DNA of 60,719 nt from Bacteroidales bacterium (GCA_017613015.1 JAGAEQ010000005.1:1-60719); one strand, 5' to 3'. Counted from the first letter of the stretch, positions 9,936 through 19,260 are shown. The notes: generated by a model not told the origin, from the letters alone. Numbers and translations: made by a program.

Positions 9936-10991
9936 ATGGCGTGCATGCGTTCGTTCCGGATACACTTGCTTGTAATGTTGTGCCTTACCGGCTTTTGGGC
10001 TGTCGCCCAGACCGGAGGGACGAACGTGTTCAATATTTTGAGCCTGCCTTCTTCGGCGCGTCAGGCGGCCTTGGGCGGACGCCTGCTTTCGGTCTGGGAT
10101 GACGACGCTGCGCTGGCCCCAGTGAACCCTTCCTTGCTGCGTCCGGAGTGGGACGGCAGCCTGAACCTGCAATGCGTGGATTATTTTTCCGGTGCGTTTT
10201 ACGGTAATGCCGACTACCTGCGCTCCTTCCGTACCGGCACCTTCCGTTTCGGGGTGCAGGCCATGGGCTACGGCCGTTTTGACGCCTACGACATCTACGG
10301 GAACGAAGAGGGCTCTTTCAGCGCGGGCGATTACGTGCTTTCTGCCGGGTACGGGCGCGACATTGTGCCGGACAAATTTTCCATGGGAATGAACGCCAAG
10401 ACGGTCTTCTCCTATTACGAAACCTATTTTTCCGCAGGTCTGGCCGTGGATGTGGCGGCTTCCTACCGGGATACGGCGAAAGCCCTTTGCGTGAGTTTGG
10501 CGGCGGTCAATATAGGGGCGCAGTTAGTGCGTTACGCGGACGAACGGGAGTACCTTCCCTTGGATGTGCAGCTGGCGGTTTCCCGGAAACTGGAGCATTT
10601 GCCCGCACGCTTTCATTTTGTCTTTCATCACCTGACCCAATGGAACCTGCGCTACAACGACCCGACGGACCCTTATGTGGAGCGGGACGTGCAGACCAAG
10701 AAGCCCAGGGAGGCCTCAGGGGTGGAGCGTTTTGTGGACAACGCCTTTCGCCATTTCATTCTGGGGCTGGAGGTGCAGCCCGCCAAGGCACTTTCCCTGC
10801 AAGTCGCCTACAATTACGACATGCGCCGCGAAATGCGTCTGTACAACAAGCCTGCGGCGGTGGGGCTCTCCTACGGGGTGAACTTGCACATCCGCAAATT
10901 CAGCGTGCAGTACGCAAGGGTGCACAACCACCTCGCGTCCGTGCCGAACTGTCTCACGCTTTCCACCAATTTGAATTCATTCAGTCATTAA
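9936..10991 (+). CDS. porQ: Type IX secretion system beta-barrel protein PorQ (PorV/PorQ family)
   Basis: Signal peptide, then FNILSLPSSARQAALGG and NPSLL. Amphipathic beta strands, with KLEHLPARF and F.HF..G.E typical of PorQ. Confidence 0.75.
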   Translation: MACMRSFRIHLLVMLCLTGFWAVAQTGGTNVFNILSLPSSARQAALGGRLLSVWDDDAALAPVNPSLLRPEWDGSLNLQCVDYFSGAFYGNADYLRSFRTGTFRFGVQAMGYGRFDAYDIYGNEEGSFSAGDYVLSAGYGRDIVPDKFSMGMNAKTVFSYYETYFSAGLAVDVAASYRDTAKALCVSLAAVNIGAQLVRYADEREYLPLDVQLAVSRKLEHLPARFHFVFHHLTQWNLRYNDPTDPYVERDVQTKKPREASGVERFVDNAFRHFILGLEVQPAKALSLQVAYNYDMRREMRLYNKPAAVGLSYGVNLHIRKFSVQYARVHNHLASVPNCLTLSTNLNSFSH

Positions 10992-11013
10992 AACCAAAAA
11001 ACAAAAATAACGT

Positions 11014-11538
11014 ATGGAATATTGGATTATCGGAATGTCCGGAATGCTGCTGACGATTGTCGGAGTGGGCGTGATTGCCTGTTTAATGCTGAAGGCGAGC
11101 CATGAAAAAGCCCTGAAACAAATTGTGCTGGAACGGAAAAAGGAGAGCATGCCGGTCGTGGTCCCCATCCGCCTGCAAGCCTATGAGCGTGTGGCTCTGC
11201 TGTTAGAGCGCATACGTCCCGAAAGCCTGCTGCTGCGGGAGCTGCCCGGCGACCGCAATGTGGCGCAGTACCATACATGGCTGCTGACCTCCATACGTAA
11301 CGAGTTTGAGCACAACCTTTCCCAGCAGGTGTACATTTCCTCCGCCCTTTGGGAGGCGGTCAAGAACGCCCGGGAGGAAACGGTGAAGCTCATTCACTTG
11401 GCCGCCGGACAGTTGGATGACAACCAGCCCGGCTCCCAGTTGGCTTCCCGTATACTGGAAATGACGGTGTCTGTGCGGAACGAGCCCACCGATGCCGCCT
11501 TGGCCCTGCTGCATCAGGAAATCAAGGAGATGTATTAG
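11014..11538 (+). CDS. Conserved Bacteroidota membrane-anchored hypothetical protein
   Basis: N-terminal TM helix. Motifs RLQAYER.ALLLERI.P and IRNEFEHNLSQQVY. Confidence 0.75.
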   Translation: MEYWIIGMSGMLLTIVGVGVIACLMLKASHEKALKQIVLERKKESMPVVVPIRLQAYERVALLLERIRPESLLLRELPGDRNVAQYHTWLLTSIRNEFEHNLSQQVYISSALWEAVKNAREETVKLIHLAAGQLDDNQPGSQLASRILEMTVSVRNEPTDAALALLHQEIKEMY

Positions 11539-11583
11539 GCGTTATTTTTTTCCGGATACGCCCTTTCGTATTTCTTTTTGTTG

Positions 11584-11591
11584 TACTTTTG
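11584..11591 (+). promoter_or_regulatory. Bacteroidota -7 promoter box (TACTTTTG) for the HlyD/C39 operon
   Basis: Exact TAnnTTTG in the intergenic gap upstream of HlyD. Confidence 0.6.
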
Positions 11592-11631
11592 TGGCTGCAG
11601 TCGGTTGGCTGCGGAATGAAAAAAATGAAAA

Positions 11632-12948
11632 ATGCCGAATATTGGACATGGAGCGGATTCGCTTCGTCCGGACGCTATGCCGGAGGAGCGGGAAAATGTT
11701 TCGCTACGTAGCGAGGAGGTGAGGGAGCTTCTGGGGCATCCTCCGAAACGCATACTGCGTTGCGGTATCTCGGTGCTGTGCGCTGTGGTGGCGGGCCTGT
11801 TCGCCGGGAGCTGCCTTATCCGCTATCCGGAGGTGCTGCGGGCTCCGGTGACGGTGAGCGCCACCAACCTGCCCGCCGGGGTGGTGGCCTGCGTTTCGGG
11901 ACGCCTCGACACGCTGTTTGTCACAGAAAAACAGCGTGTGCGGGCGGGGGATTGCTTGGCGGCGATTGAAAGCGCGGCTTCGTGGGAGGATGTGCTGTGG
12001 CTCAAAAGCCACCTGGACACGCCCGCCCGGGAAGCTCCCTTGCGGATAGGGGGCTTGCAGTCCGCCTATTCCGCCTTGCTCAAAGCCCGGGAGGAGTATG
12101 ACATTTTCCGGAAGGAAGACTATTACCAATTGAAAATTAGTTCCTTGAAACGCCAGCTGGCGGTGGGGCAGGCGGTGCTGCTGCATACGGAGCGGCAGCT
12201 GCGCACCCAGGAAGGGCTGTTGGAGACGGCCCGGGCACTTTTTGCCATGGATTCCCTTTTGCATGCGCAGGGCATGGCCTCCAAGGTGGAATACGGCAAC
12301 CGGCGCAGCCAGTACCTTCAGCAGCGGCAGTCCTGCGAAGCGGCGGTGGCGGCGGTGGACAACCAGCGCGTCCGTCTGTTGCAGCTGGAGCAAAGCGTTT
12401 TCGACTTGGAGCAGGAGCGCAGGGAGCGGGAGAACAGCCTTTCCTTGGCCTTGGACGCGGCGCGGGACGGGCTTTTGGCCGAAGTGGAGGTCTGGGAGCG
12501 GCAATACCTGCTGAAAGCCCCCTGTGACGGAAGGGTCGCCCTGACCACCTACTGGCAGCGGAACCAGAACGTGAGCGTCGGGGACATTGTGGCCACCGTG
12601 GTGCCGGAAGACAGCCTGCGCATCATCGGGAAAATACTGCTGCCGCTGCAAGGGGCGGGAAAGGTCAGGGCCGGTCAGACGGTGCACATCCGCTTTGAGC
12701 AGTTTCCGTATATGGAATACGGCATGGTCCGTGGGGTGATCCAAAGCGTTTCCTTAGTGCCGGTGCAGACGGCGGAGGGAAGCCGCGCCTATGTGCTGGA
12801 GGTAGGGTTTCCGGAGCAATTGACGACGAGCTACCGTAAAAAACTGCCTTTCTGTCAGGAAATGCTTGGCACGGCGGAGATTGTCACGGAGGATATGCGT
12901 CTGGCGGACCGCCTGCTCCGCCCTGTGCGGGCGGTATTCACCCAATGA
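11632..12948 (+). CDS. HlyD family membrane fusion protein (type I secretion adaptor)
   Basis: LRSEEVRELLG.PP N-terminus, single TM, barrel-sandwich (VSGRL...QRVRAGD), coiled coil, APCDG and FPYMEYG. Alternative start at 11677. Confidence 0.9.
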   Translation: MPNIGHGADSLRPDAMPEERENVSLRSEEVRELLGHPPKRILRCGISVLCAVVAGLFAGSCLIRYPEVLRAPVTVSATNLPAGVVACVSGRLDTLFVTEKQRVRAGDCLAAIESAASWEDVLWLKSHLDTPAREAPLRIGGLQSAYSALLKAREEYDIFRKEDYYQLKISSLKRQLAVGQAVLLHTERQLRTQEGLLETARALFAMDSLLHAQGMASKVEYGNRRSQYLQQRQSCEAAVAAVDNQRVRLLQLEQSVFDLEQERRERENSLSLALDAARDGLLAEVEVWERQYLLKAPCDGRVALTTYWQRNQNVSVGDIVATVVPEDSLRIIGKILLPLQGAGKVRAGQTVHIRFEQFPYMEYGMVRGVIQSVSLVPVQTAEGSRAYVLEVGFPEQLTTSYRKKLPFCQEMLGTAEIVTEDMRLADRLLRPVRAVFTQ

Positions 12949-12960
12949 GAACAGAAAAGC

Positions 12961-15198
12961 GTGAAAAAAATGAAAAAAGAATTCCCTTTTTACCGTCAGT
13001 TGGATGCCATGGATTGCGGGCCAGCTTGTCTGCGCATGATTGCCAGGCACTATGGCCGCCATTACCGATTGGAGACCTTGAGGCAGAAAAGCGGCATCAG
13101 CCGGGAGGGCGTGAGCCTGCTGGGCATCAGCGCGGCGGCGGAGAGCATAGGTCTCAAGAGCCTGGGGGTGCGCATTGGTTTTACGCAGCTTTGCGAAGCG
13201 CCCCTTCCCTGCATTGTGCATTGGAAACAGCAGCATTTTGTGGTGGTGTACGCCATTCGCCCCTCCGCAGGGAAAAAGCGGCCTTCCATGGTGTTTGTCG
13301 CCGATCCGGGGGCCGGGCGCATCCGCTACACCGCCGAGGAGTTTCTTGCGTCCTGGGCTTCCGCTTCCCGTGGGGATGAGGTGGCGGGCATTGCGCTGCT
13401 GTTGGAACCCACCCCTGATTTTTATGCGGAGGAAGGCGAAAAACGGGACAAGACCAAGCTGCGTTTTGTGCTGGACTACCTCAAACCCTATAAAAAACTT
13501 TTGGTGCAGCTTTTTCTCGGCATGCTGCTGGGTACGTTCTTGCAGCTGGTCTTTCCCTTTCTTTCCCAAGGAATTGTGGACTACGGCATAGGGAACAGCA
13601 ACCTGCATTTTGTCACGGTCATGCTTGTCGCCCAGCTGACCCTGTATGCCGCCCAGACCTCCGTGGAGTTTATCCGTTCGTGGATACTGCTGCATGTCAG
13701 CACCCGCATCAACATCTCCATCCTTTCGGATTTCCTGATCAAACTGATGAAATTGCCCATCGGCTTTTTCGATACCAAGAAAATTGGGGATCTGATGCAG
13801 CGTATCGGGGACCACAGCCGCATAGAGGCTTTTCTGGCCTCTTCCACGCTCAATACCTTGTTCTCTTTTGTCAGCATATTGGTTTTCAGTATGGTGTTGG
13901 CTTTCTACAACCTGCGCCTTTTCGGGGTTTTCCTCTTGGCCAGCCTGCTGTACGCCGCGTGGATAACGCTTTTTTTGAAAAAGAGGAAGGAATTGGACCA
14001 CAAGCGTTTCGCCCAGGCTTCGGCGGAGCAGGGAAATCTGTATCAGCTCATTACCGGCATGCAGGAAATCAAGCTCAACAATTGCGAAAGGCAAAAACGT
14101 TGGGAATGGGAGCATATACAGGCAAAATTGGTAAAAATCAGCATTAAAGGATTGGCATTGAGCCAATACCAGCAGAGCGGCGCTTTTTTTATCAATGAGA
14201 CCAAAAACCTGCTGATTTCCTTTGTGTCGGCGGCGGCGGTGATACGGGGCGACATGACCTTGGGTATGATGACGGCGGTGCAATACATTATCGGTCAGTT
14301 GAATGCGCCTGTGAACCAAATCATAGGCTTCATACAGTCGGCGCAGGACGCGAAAATCAGCCTGGAGCGTTTGGGGGAAATCCACAACCGTCGGGACGAG
14401 GAGGAAGACGAAGGGGGAAGGCTGCACCGCCTTTCCTTTGGAACGGAGGAAGGGGTCCCGCTGCCGCTTCAGGTGCGCAAGCTGAATTTCCGTTACGATG
14501 CCTTGGGCACGCTCACTTTGAGTGACATAGATCTGGACATTCCGGCGGGCAAGGTGACGGCGGTAGTGGGGACAAGTGGCAGCGGAAAGACCACTTTGCT
14601 GAAATTGCTGCTCGGTTTTTATCCGCCGGTTTCTGGGGAAATCCGCGTGGGGGACACCCCTTTGGACGCCATCAGCCGCCATTTCTGGAGGGATTGCTGC
14701 GGCAGCGTGATGCAGGACGGTTTTGTCTTTTCCGACAGCATCGCCCGCAATATCGCGGTGGGCGATGGGGAGATTGACATGGAACGTCTGCTCTCTGCCT
14801 GCCGGGTGGCGCATATTTTAGACATGGTGAAGTCCCTGCCGCTCGGCTTTGACACCATGATAGGGCAGGAGGGGAAAGGGCTTAGCCAGGGGCAGCGGCA
14901 GCGGATTCTGATTGCGCGGGCTGTGTACAAAAACCCCAAGTATCTGTTCTTTGACGAGGCAACCAATGCCTTGGACGCCAATAACGAGCGTGTCATTATG
15001 GAGAACCTTCAGCACTTTTTTGAAGGGCGTACCGTGTTGGTGGTCGCGCACCGCTTGAGCACGGTGCGGCATGCCGACCAGATTGTGGTGATGGAGCAGG
15101 GGCGCATCGTGGAGCGCGGCACCCACGAGGAGCTGACCGCCGCCAAAGGGGCGTATTTCGCTTTGGTGAAGAACCAATTGGAGTTGGGTGGCGCTTAA
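12961..15198 (+). CDS. Peptidase C39 domain-containing ABC transporter (PCAT)
   Basis: C39 motifs QLDAMDCGPACL (catalytic Cys), HWKQQHFVV and ADP. Six-TM domain, Walker A GTSGSGKTT, signature LSQGQ, Walker B FFDE and H-loop AHRLST. Confidence 0.95.
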   Translation: MKKMKKEFPFYRQLDAMDCGPACLRMIARHYGRHYRLETLRQKSGISREGVSLLGISAAAESIGLKSLGVRIGFTQLCEAPLPCIVHWKQQHFVVVYAIRPSAGKKRPSMVFVADPGAGRIRYTAEEFLASWASASRGDEVAGIALLLEPTPDFYAEEGEKRDKTKLRFVLDYLKPYKKLLVQLFLGMLLGTFLQLVFPFLSQGIVDYGIGNSNLHFVTVMLVAQLTLYAAQTSVEFIRSWILLHVSTRINISILSDFLIKLMKLPIGFFDTKKIGDLMQRIGDHSRIEAFLASSTLNTLFSFVSILVFSMVLAFYNLRLFGVFLLASLLYAAWITLFLKKRKELDHKRFAQASAEQGNLYQLITGMQEIKLNNCERQKRWEWEHIQAKLVKISIKGLALSQYQQSGAFFINETKNLLISFVSAAAVIRGDMTLGMMTAVQYIIGQLNAPVNQIIGFIQSAQDAKISLERLGEIHNRRDEEEDEGGRLHRLSFGTEEGVPLPLQVRKLNFRYDALGTLTLSDIDLDIPAGKVTAVVGTSGSGKTTLLKLLLGFYPPVSGEIRVGDTPLDAISRHFWRDCCGSVMQDGFVFSDSIARNIAVGDGEIDMERLLSACRVAHILDMVKSLPLGFDTMIGQEGKGLSQGQRQRILIARAVYKNPKYLFFDEATNALDANNERVIMENLQHFFEGRTVLVVAHRLSTVRHADQIVVMEQGRIVERGTHEELTAAKGAYFALVKNQLELGGA

Positions 15199-16061
15199 TC
15201 GGCGTCGCGGCAGGCTTCCCAGATGGTGATGGCGTCTTTGGTCGCTTTCACGTCGTGGACGCGCAGCAGGTTCGCGCCTTGTTGCAGGGCGATGAGGTTG
15301 GCCGCGACGGTGGCCGCCAAAGCGTCTTCGGGTCCGCCGTTTATGCTCTGGTAGAGCATGCTTTTCCGGGAAAGAGCACAGAGCAGGGGGCATTCCAAGC
15401 TGCGGAACACGCCGAAATGTTTGAGCAGGCTGAAATTTTGCGCTCTCGTTTTCCCGAAGCCGAAGCCCGGGTCCACAATCACGTCTTTGACCTGCATGCG
15501 GTGCAGGGTCTCCACTTTTTGGCTCAGGGAGCGAAATACCGACTGCACCACGTCTTCATAGTCCGTGAGGGTCTGCATCACTTCCGGCTTTCCGCTGGTG
15601 TGCATGACAATGTAGGGGAGTTGCCGTTGGGCGACGAGGGAAAACATGCGCTCGTCGAAATCGCCGCCGGAAACGTCGTTGATGATGTCCACCCCGTTGT
15701 CCGCGCAGGCTTCGGCCACGGAGGCACGCCAAGTGTCAATGGACAGCAGCGCGTCCGGGAAATGCTTGTGGATGTTTTTGATGGCTTCTGTGGCGGTGCG
15801 GATTTCCTCCTCCTCCGGAATGCCTTTGGCGTTGGGGCGGGTGGACATGCATCCGATGTCCAGAATGTCTGCACCTTCCTTCAACAGCCGCTCGCAGTGG
15901 TGCAGGTAGTCCTCCGGAAGAAAGTGCAGTCCCCCGTCGTAAAAGGAGTCTTCCGTGACGTTCACAATGCCCATGACCAAGGGGTGTTCAAGGGAAATCA
16001 GCCGGCCCCTGCATCGCAGGCTTCCGGCTTGACTCGCTAAAGTTTGAGAATTGTTTTCCAT
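15195..16061 (-). CDS. folP: Dihydropteroate synthase
   Basis: Motifs MGIVNVTEDSFYDGG, STRP, INDVSG, DPGFGFGK, SRKS and RVHDV. Confidence 0.96.
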   Translation of the reverse strand: MENNSQTLASQAGSLRCRGRLISLEHPLVMGIVNVTEDSFYDGGLHFLPEDYLHHCERLLKEGADILDIGCMSTRPNAKGIPEEEEIRTATEAIKNIHKHFPDALLSIDTWRASVAEACADNGVDIINDVSGGDFDERMFSLVAQRQLPYIVMHTSGKPEVMQTLTDYEDVVQSVFRSLSQKVETLHRMQVKDVIVDPGFGFGKTRAQNFSLLKHFGVFRSLECPLLCALSRKSMLYQSINGGPEDALAATVAANLIALQQGANLLRVHDVKATKDAITIWEACRDAD

Positions 16062-16089
16062 ATTTTCAAAGGTTTATTTGTTAAAAGGT

Positions 16090-17076
16090 TCATTCGTTAT
16101 ACAAGGTATACAGCACCACTTCGCCGACCCTTTGCAGAGAGGCGCGGTCGATGTTTTCCAGACGGTCGTTCACGGTGTGCCAGTTCGGGTTGAAACCGGA
16201 ACCGGTCCCGGCATGGTATTCAATGATGTCTATGACGGGAATACTAGTTATCTGATTGATATACAAATGGTCGTCAATAATAGCGGGCGTTTCCTTGGGA
16301 CTGAAATGGGCGGCGTGTCCCAGCCGCGCCGCGTAGTTCCAAATGCGGTTCTGTATGTCCTGGGCGTAGAAGGCGGAAGTCCCTTCCTTGCAGAAAACGG
16401 CGTTTTGTCCGCCCACCATGTCAAGCAGTATGCCGAAACGCGCCTTGTAAGCCGTCACGTGCGGGTGTTTCGCCCAATATTGGGAGCCGAGGCACCAGTC
16501 ATCGGTGGAACCTTCCTCGTCCTGAGGGGAACCGTAGTCTTCGGCATCGAAAAAAAGGATGTCCACGCCGGTTTCCGGGCGTTTTAGGCTGAGTTGGCGG
16601 GCCGTTTCCAAAAGCACGCCCACGCCGCTTCCGCCGTCGTTCGCCCCGTCAATGGGGGTGCGGTGCAGGGCGGGGTCCGGGTCGTGGTCGGCATAGGGCC
16701 GGGAATCCCAGTGCGCGGCCACGAGAATGCGTTTCTCCGCCTGAGGGTTGAAACAACCGATGAGGTTGCAGGCTTTCAGCGTGAGGTTGTTGTAGGTGCG
16801 GACGCTGTATTCCTGTACGTAAACCGTATCGCAAAAACGTTCAAGGGTTTGGCGGAGGTAGGCTCCGCAGCGGCGGTGCGCTTCCGTGTTGGGGACGCGA
16901 GGTCCGAATGCGCATTGCGCGGCCACAAAGGCGTAGGCCGAATCTGCGGAAAAGTCCGGACGGACAACGGCTTCTTCGTTCTCTTGCGGCGGGGTGGCGT
17001 TGTTGTTTTCGTGGCGGCAGGCGGTGGCGCACAGCAGCAAGAGTGCGCCGCAAAGGAAAAGGTGTCTTGTTTTCAT
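16090..17076 (-). CDS. M28 family lipoprotein, probable glutaminyl-peptide cyclotransferase
   Basis: Lipobox (LLLLCATAC). Zinc-site motifs FGPRVP, AHWDSRP, GANDGGSG, DAEDYG, LDMVG, DDH and WHT. Confidence 0.8.
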   Translation of the reverse strand: MKTRHLFLCGALLLLCATACRHENNNATPPQENEEAVVRPDFSADSAYAFVAAQCAFGPRVPNTEAHRRCGAYLRQTLERFCDTVYVQEYSVRTYNNLTLKACNLIGCFNPQAEKRILVAAHWDSRPYADHDPDPALHRTPIDGANDGGSGVGVLLETARQLSLKRPETGVDILFFDAEDYGSPQDEEGSTDDWCLGSQYWAKHPHVTAYKARFGILLDMVGGQNAVFCKEGTSAFYAQDIQNRIWNYAARLGHAAHFSPKETPAIIDDHLYINQITSIPVIDIIEYHAGTGSGFNPNWHTVNDRLENIDRASLQRVGEVVLYTLYNE

Positions 17077-17975
17077 GCGGATGCTTCGGTTTTGTCGGTT
17101 TCGTTGAAAGGGCTTTCCGGGCTTATCCATTGGTAGGACGTGTCCCGTTTGAACCACGTGATTTGCCGTTTGGCGTAATGGTGGGTGTTGTTTTTGATGG
17201 CCTGAACGCTTTCCTCCAAGCTGCATTGTCCGTCGAAATGGGCGAATAGCTCTTTGTAGCCCACGGTGTTCAAGGCGTTGAGCTGGCGGTAGGGGTACAG
17301 GGCGCGTGCCTCTTCCTCCAAGCCTTGCCGCATCATGCGGTCCACGCGCTCATCAATGCGCTGGTAAAGTGTCTCTTTGGGAAGGTTGAGGCAGAACTTG
17401 CGTATGCGGAAGGGGCGTTGTTTCTGCTGGCTTTTACGCAGGGAGGTGAAGCTTTGTCCGGTTTGTATGCAGACTTCCAGCGCACGGATCAGGCGGACGG
17501 GGTTGCTTTGGTCCACTATGGCGTAATAGTCCGGATCTTTTTCTTTCAGCATGTGGAGCAGTTCTTCCTTGCGGTCTTCGCGCAGCATGCGGTGCAGCGT
17601 CTCGCGCAAAGCGGGGTCGGGGTCGGGCAGCAGGTCAATGCCGTTGCAGACAGCGTCGATATAAAGTCCGCTTCCTCCGGCAAGTATCACATAATCATGG
17701 TGTTGAAATAATTCTTGCAGCAGGTCCATGGCCTCCTGTTCGTAGCGGTACACATTGTAGGGCTCGTGAATGGAGCGGTTCCCGATGAAATGGTGGGGGA
17801 CGCGGCGCAGTTCCGCTTCGTCCGGGGCGGCGGTGCCTATCCGCATTTCACGGTACAACTGCCGGGAATCGGCGGAAACGATTTCCGTGCGCAGCTGTTC
17901 CGCCCAGCGGATGGCGGCGGCAGTTTTTCCGGAGGCGGTGGGCCCGGTCAGTACAAGAAGGGTGGGCGCGGACAT
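17073..17975 (-). CDS. miaA: tRNA dimethylallyltransferase
   Basis: Motifs GPTASGKT, SADSRQ, GGSGLYI, VGYKE and YAKRQITWF. The true start is at 17975 (TAATG overlap with the upstream gene). Confidence 0.96.
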   Translation of the reverse strand: MSAPTLLVLTGPTASGKTAAAIRWAEQLRTEIVSADSRQLYREMRIGTAAPDEAELRRVPHHFIGNRSIHEPYNVYRYEQEAMDLLQELFQHHDYVILAGGSGLYIDAVCNGIDLLPDPDPALRETLHRMLREDRKEELLHMLKEKDPDYYAIVDQSNPVRLIRALEVCIQTGQSFTSLRKSQQKQRPFRIRKFCLNLPKETLYQRIDERVDRMMRQGLEEEARALYPYRQLNALNTVGYKELFAHFDGQCSLEESVQAIKNNTHHYAKRQITWFKRDTSYQWISPESPFNETDKTEASA

Positions 17976-18574
17976 TACAGCAGGTCCATCGCTTCGTCCA
18001 GGTCGGTGCTCAGCCCTTCCAAATCCTCCTCGTCGTAAAAGAGTTCGTCCTCCTCGTCCTCGTTTTCTTCCAGAAAATCCTGAAAACCTGTGTCCTCTTT
18101 GATGTTGACGGGTTTGGGAAGCTCCCCGCTGCTGTGGGTGCACACGGGATAGGTCTTGCCCTCCTTGCCTTCCATGGATTTGATGAGTTCGATGTAAAAC
18201 GTGTGGAGGTGAAGAAAATCCTGCTCGTAGATGATGCGCTGGTGCGGGTCGTTGATGAATTGGCTGAGCACCGCGTTCTCCATGGTGGTTTTCTCCGTCA
18301 CCAGGTACTGGTCCTGGGTGTCTTCGTTTTCATCGTCGGCGGCGTTGGCGAAGGCCTCCACTTCCGATTCCATGTCCACCAAAGTGATTTCCTTCAGCTT
18401 GTTCCATTTGCGGTCGCAAAGGTAGAAGGAGGCCAGCTCTTGCGGGTTCAGTCCCTTGATGCTGTCCAGAATCGCCAGATGGAAATCCTTGAACGTCTGT
18501 TTGGCCCCGATTTCGAAGTCTCTCACGAAACCTTCCACCTCGTCGTAAAGTAATCTGAATTTGTATATGTACAT
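17975..18574 (-). CDS. Conserved hypothetical protein (pRiA4b ORF-3-like) with acidic C-terminal tail
   Basis: F.RDFEI...TF.DFH.AI and SFYLCD..W pattern, with a D/E-rich tail. Coupled to miaA. Confidence 0.7.
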   Translation of the reverse strand: MYIYKFRLLYDEVEGFVRDFEIGAKQTFKDFHLAILDSIKGLNPQELASFYLCDRKWNKLKEITLVDMESEVEAFANAADDENEDTQDQYLVTEKTTMENAVLSQFINDPHQRIIYEQDFLHLHTFYIELIKSMEGKEGKTYPVCTHSSGELPKPVNIKEDTGFQDFLEENEDEEDELFYDEEDLEGLSTDLDEAMDLL

Positions 18575-18604
18575 TGTGCGTTGAATTTTTTACATACCAA
18601 AGTA

Positions 18605-18612
18605 CAAAAATA
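18605..18612 (-). promoter_or_regulatory. Bacteroidota -7 promoter box (TATTTTTG)
   Basis: caaaaata on + reads TATTTTTG on -, about 30 nt upstream of the ATG at 18574. Confidence 0.55.
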
Positions 18613-18618
18613 GTCTAT

Positions 18619-19260
18619 TTATGGATATTCCACCCCATCTTTTTCAGAAAAAATGTGCGGGAAGGGATGCTGGGTGTTGATGTTTTCGACAAAGGCCAGA
18701 AACTCCTCCTTGCCCTTGCCGGTGACCGCCGAGCTGATGATGTAGGGGGGGCGTTCCTCCCACTGCTCGTCCAGGCATTCCATAAAGGCCTGGACGTTGC
18801 GTTCCGTGCGCAGGCTGCTTTGTTTGTCCGCTTTCGTGAAAACCAGCAGGAAGGGGATTTGTTTCTCCCCCAGTTTGCTGATGAAGGAAAGGTCGATTTT
18901 CTGCGGTGTCAGCCGACTGTCGATGAGAACGCAGAGATAGTAGAGGTTGCGCCGGTTCTCGATGTAGTCCATGGTCATGCCGCTCCATTGCATGCGCAGG
19001 GTTTTTGCCGTGCGGGCGTATCCGTAGCCGGGAAGGTCTACGAGGTACCAGCTGTTATTGACTATAAAATGGTTGATCAGCTGTGTTTTGCCTGGCTTGG
19101 AAGAGATTTTGGCCAGTTTGTGCTGCCCTGTCAGCATGTTGATGAAGGAGGACTTGCCGACGTTGGAGCGTCCGACGAAGGCGTATTCCGGCAGGTTTCC
19201 GGCGGGGCATTGGCTGTAATGGGAGCTGCTTTTCAGGAATTGGGCGTTTTTGATCAGCAT
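18619..19260 (-). CDS. engB: Ribosome biogenesis GTP-binding protein YihA/YsxC (EngB)
   Basis: Motifs GRSNVGKSS, PGKT, DLPGYG, TKAD and SSA. Start is MLIKNAQF at 19260. Confidence 0.95.
   Translation of the reverse strand: MLIKNAQFLKSSSHYSQCPAGNLPEYAFVGRSNVGKSSFINMLTGQHKLAKISSKPGKTQLINHFIVNNSWYLVDLPGYGYARTAKTLRMQWSGMTMDYIENRRNLYYLCVLIDSRLTPQKIDLSFISKLGEKQIPFLLVFTKADKQSSLRTERNVQAFMECLDEQWEERPPYIISSAVTGKGKEEFLAFVENINTQHPFPHIFSEKDGVEYP

Noticed and set aside
17975-18574. pRiA4b ORF-3 / 'IS1096 passenger TnpR'-like protein as evidence of a mobile element
   Set aside because: There is no transposase, terminal repeat or target duplication. The gene is translationally coupled to miaA in a housekeeping operon.
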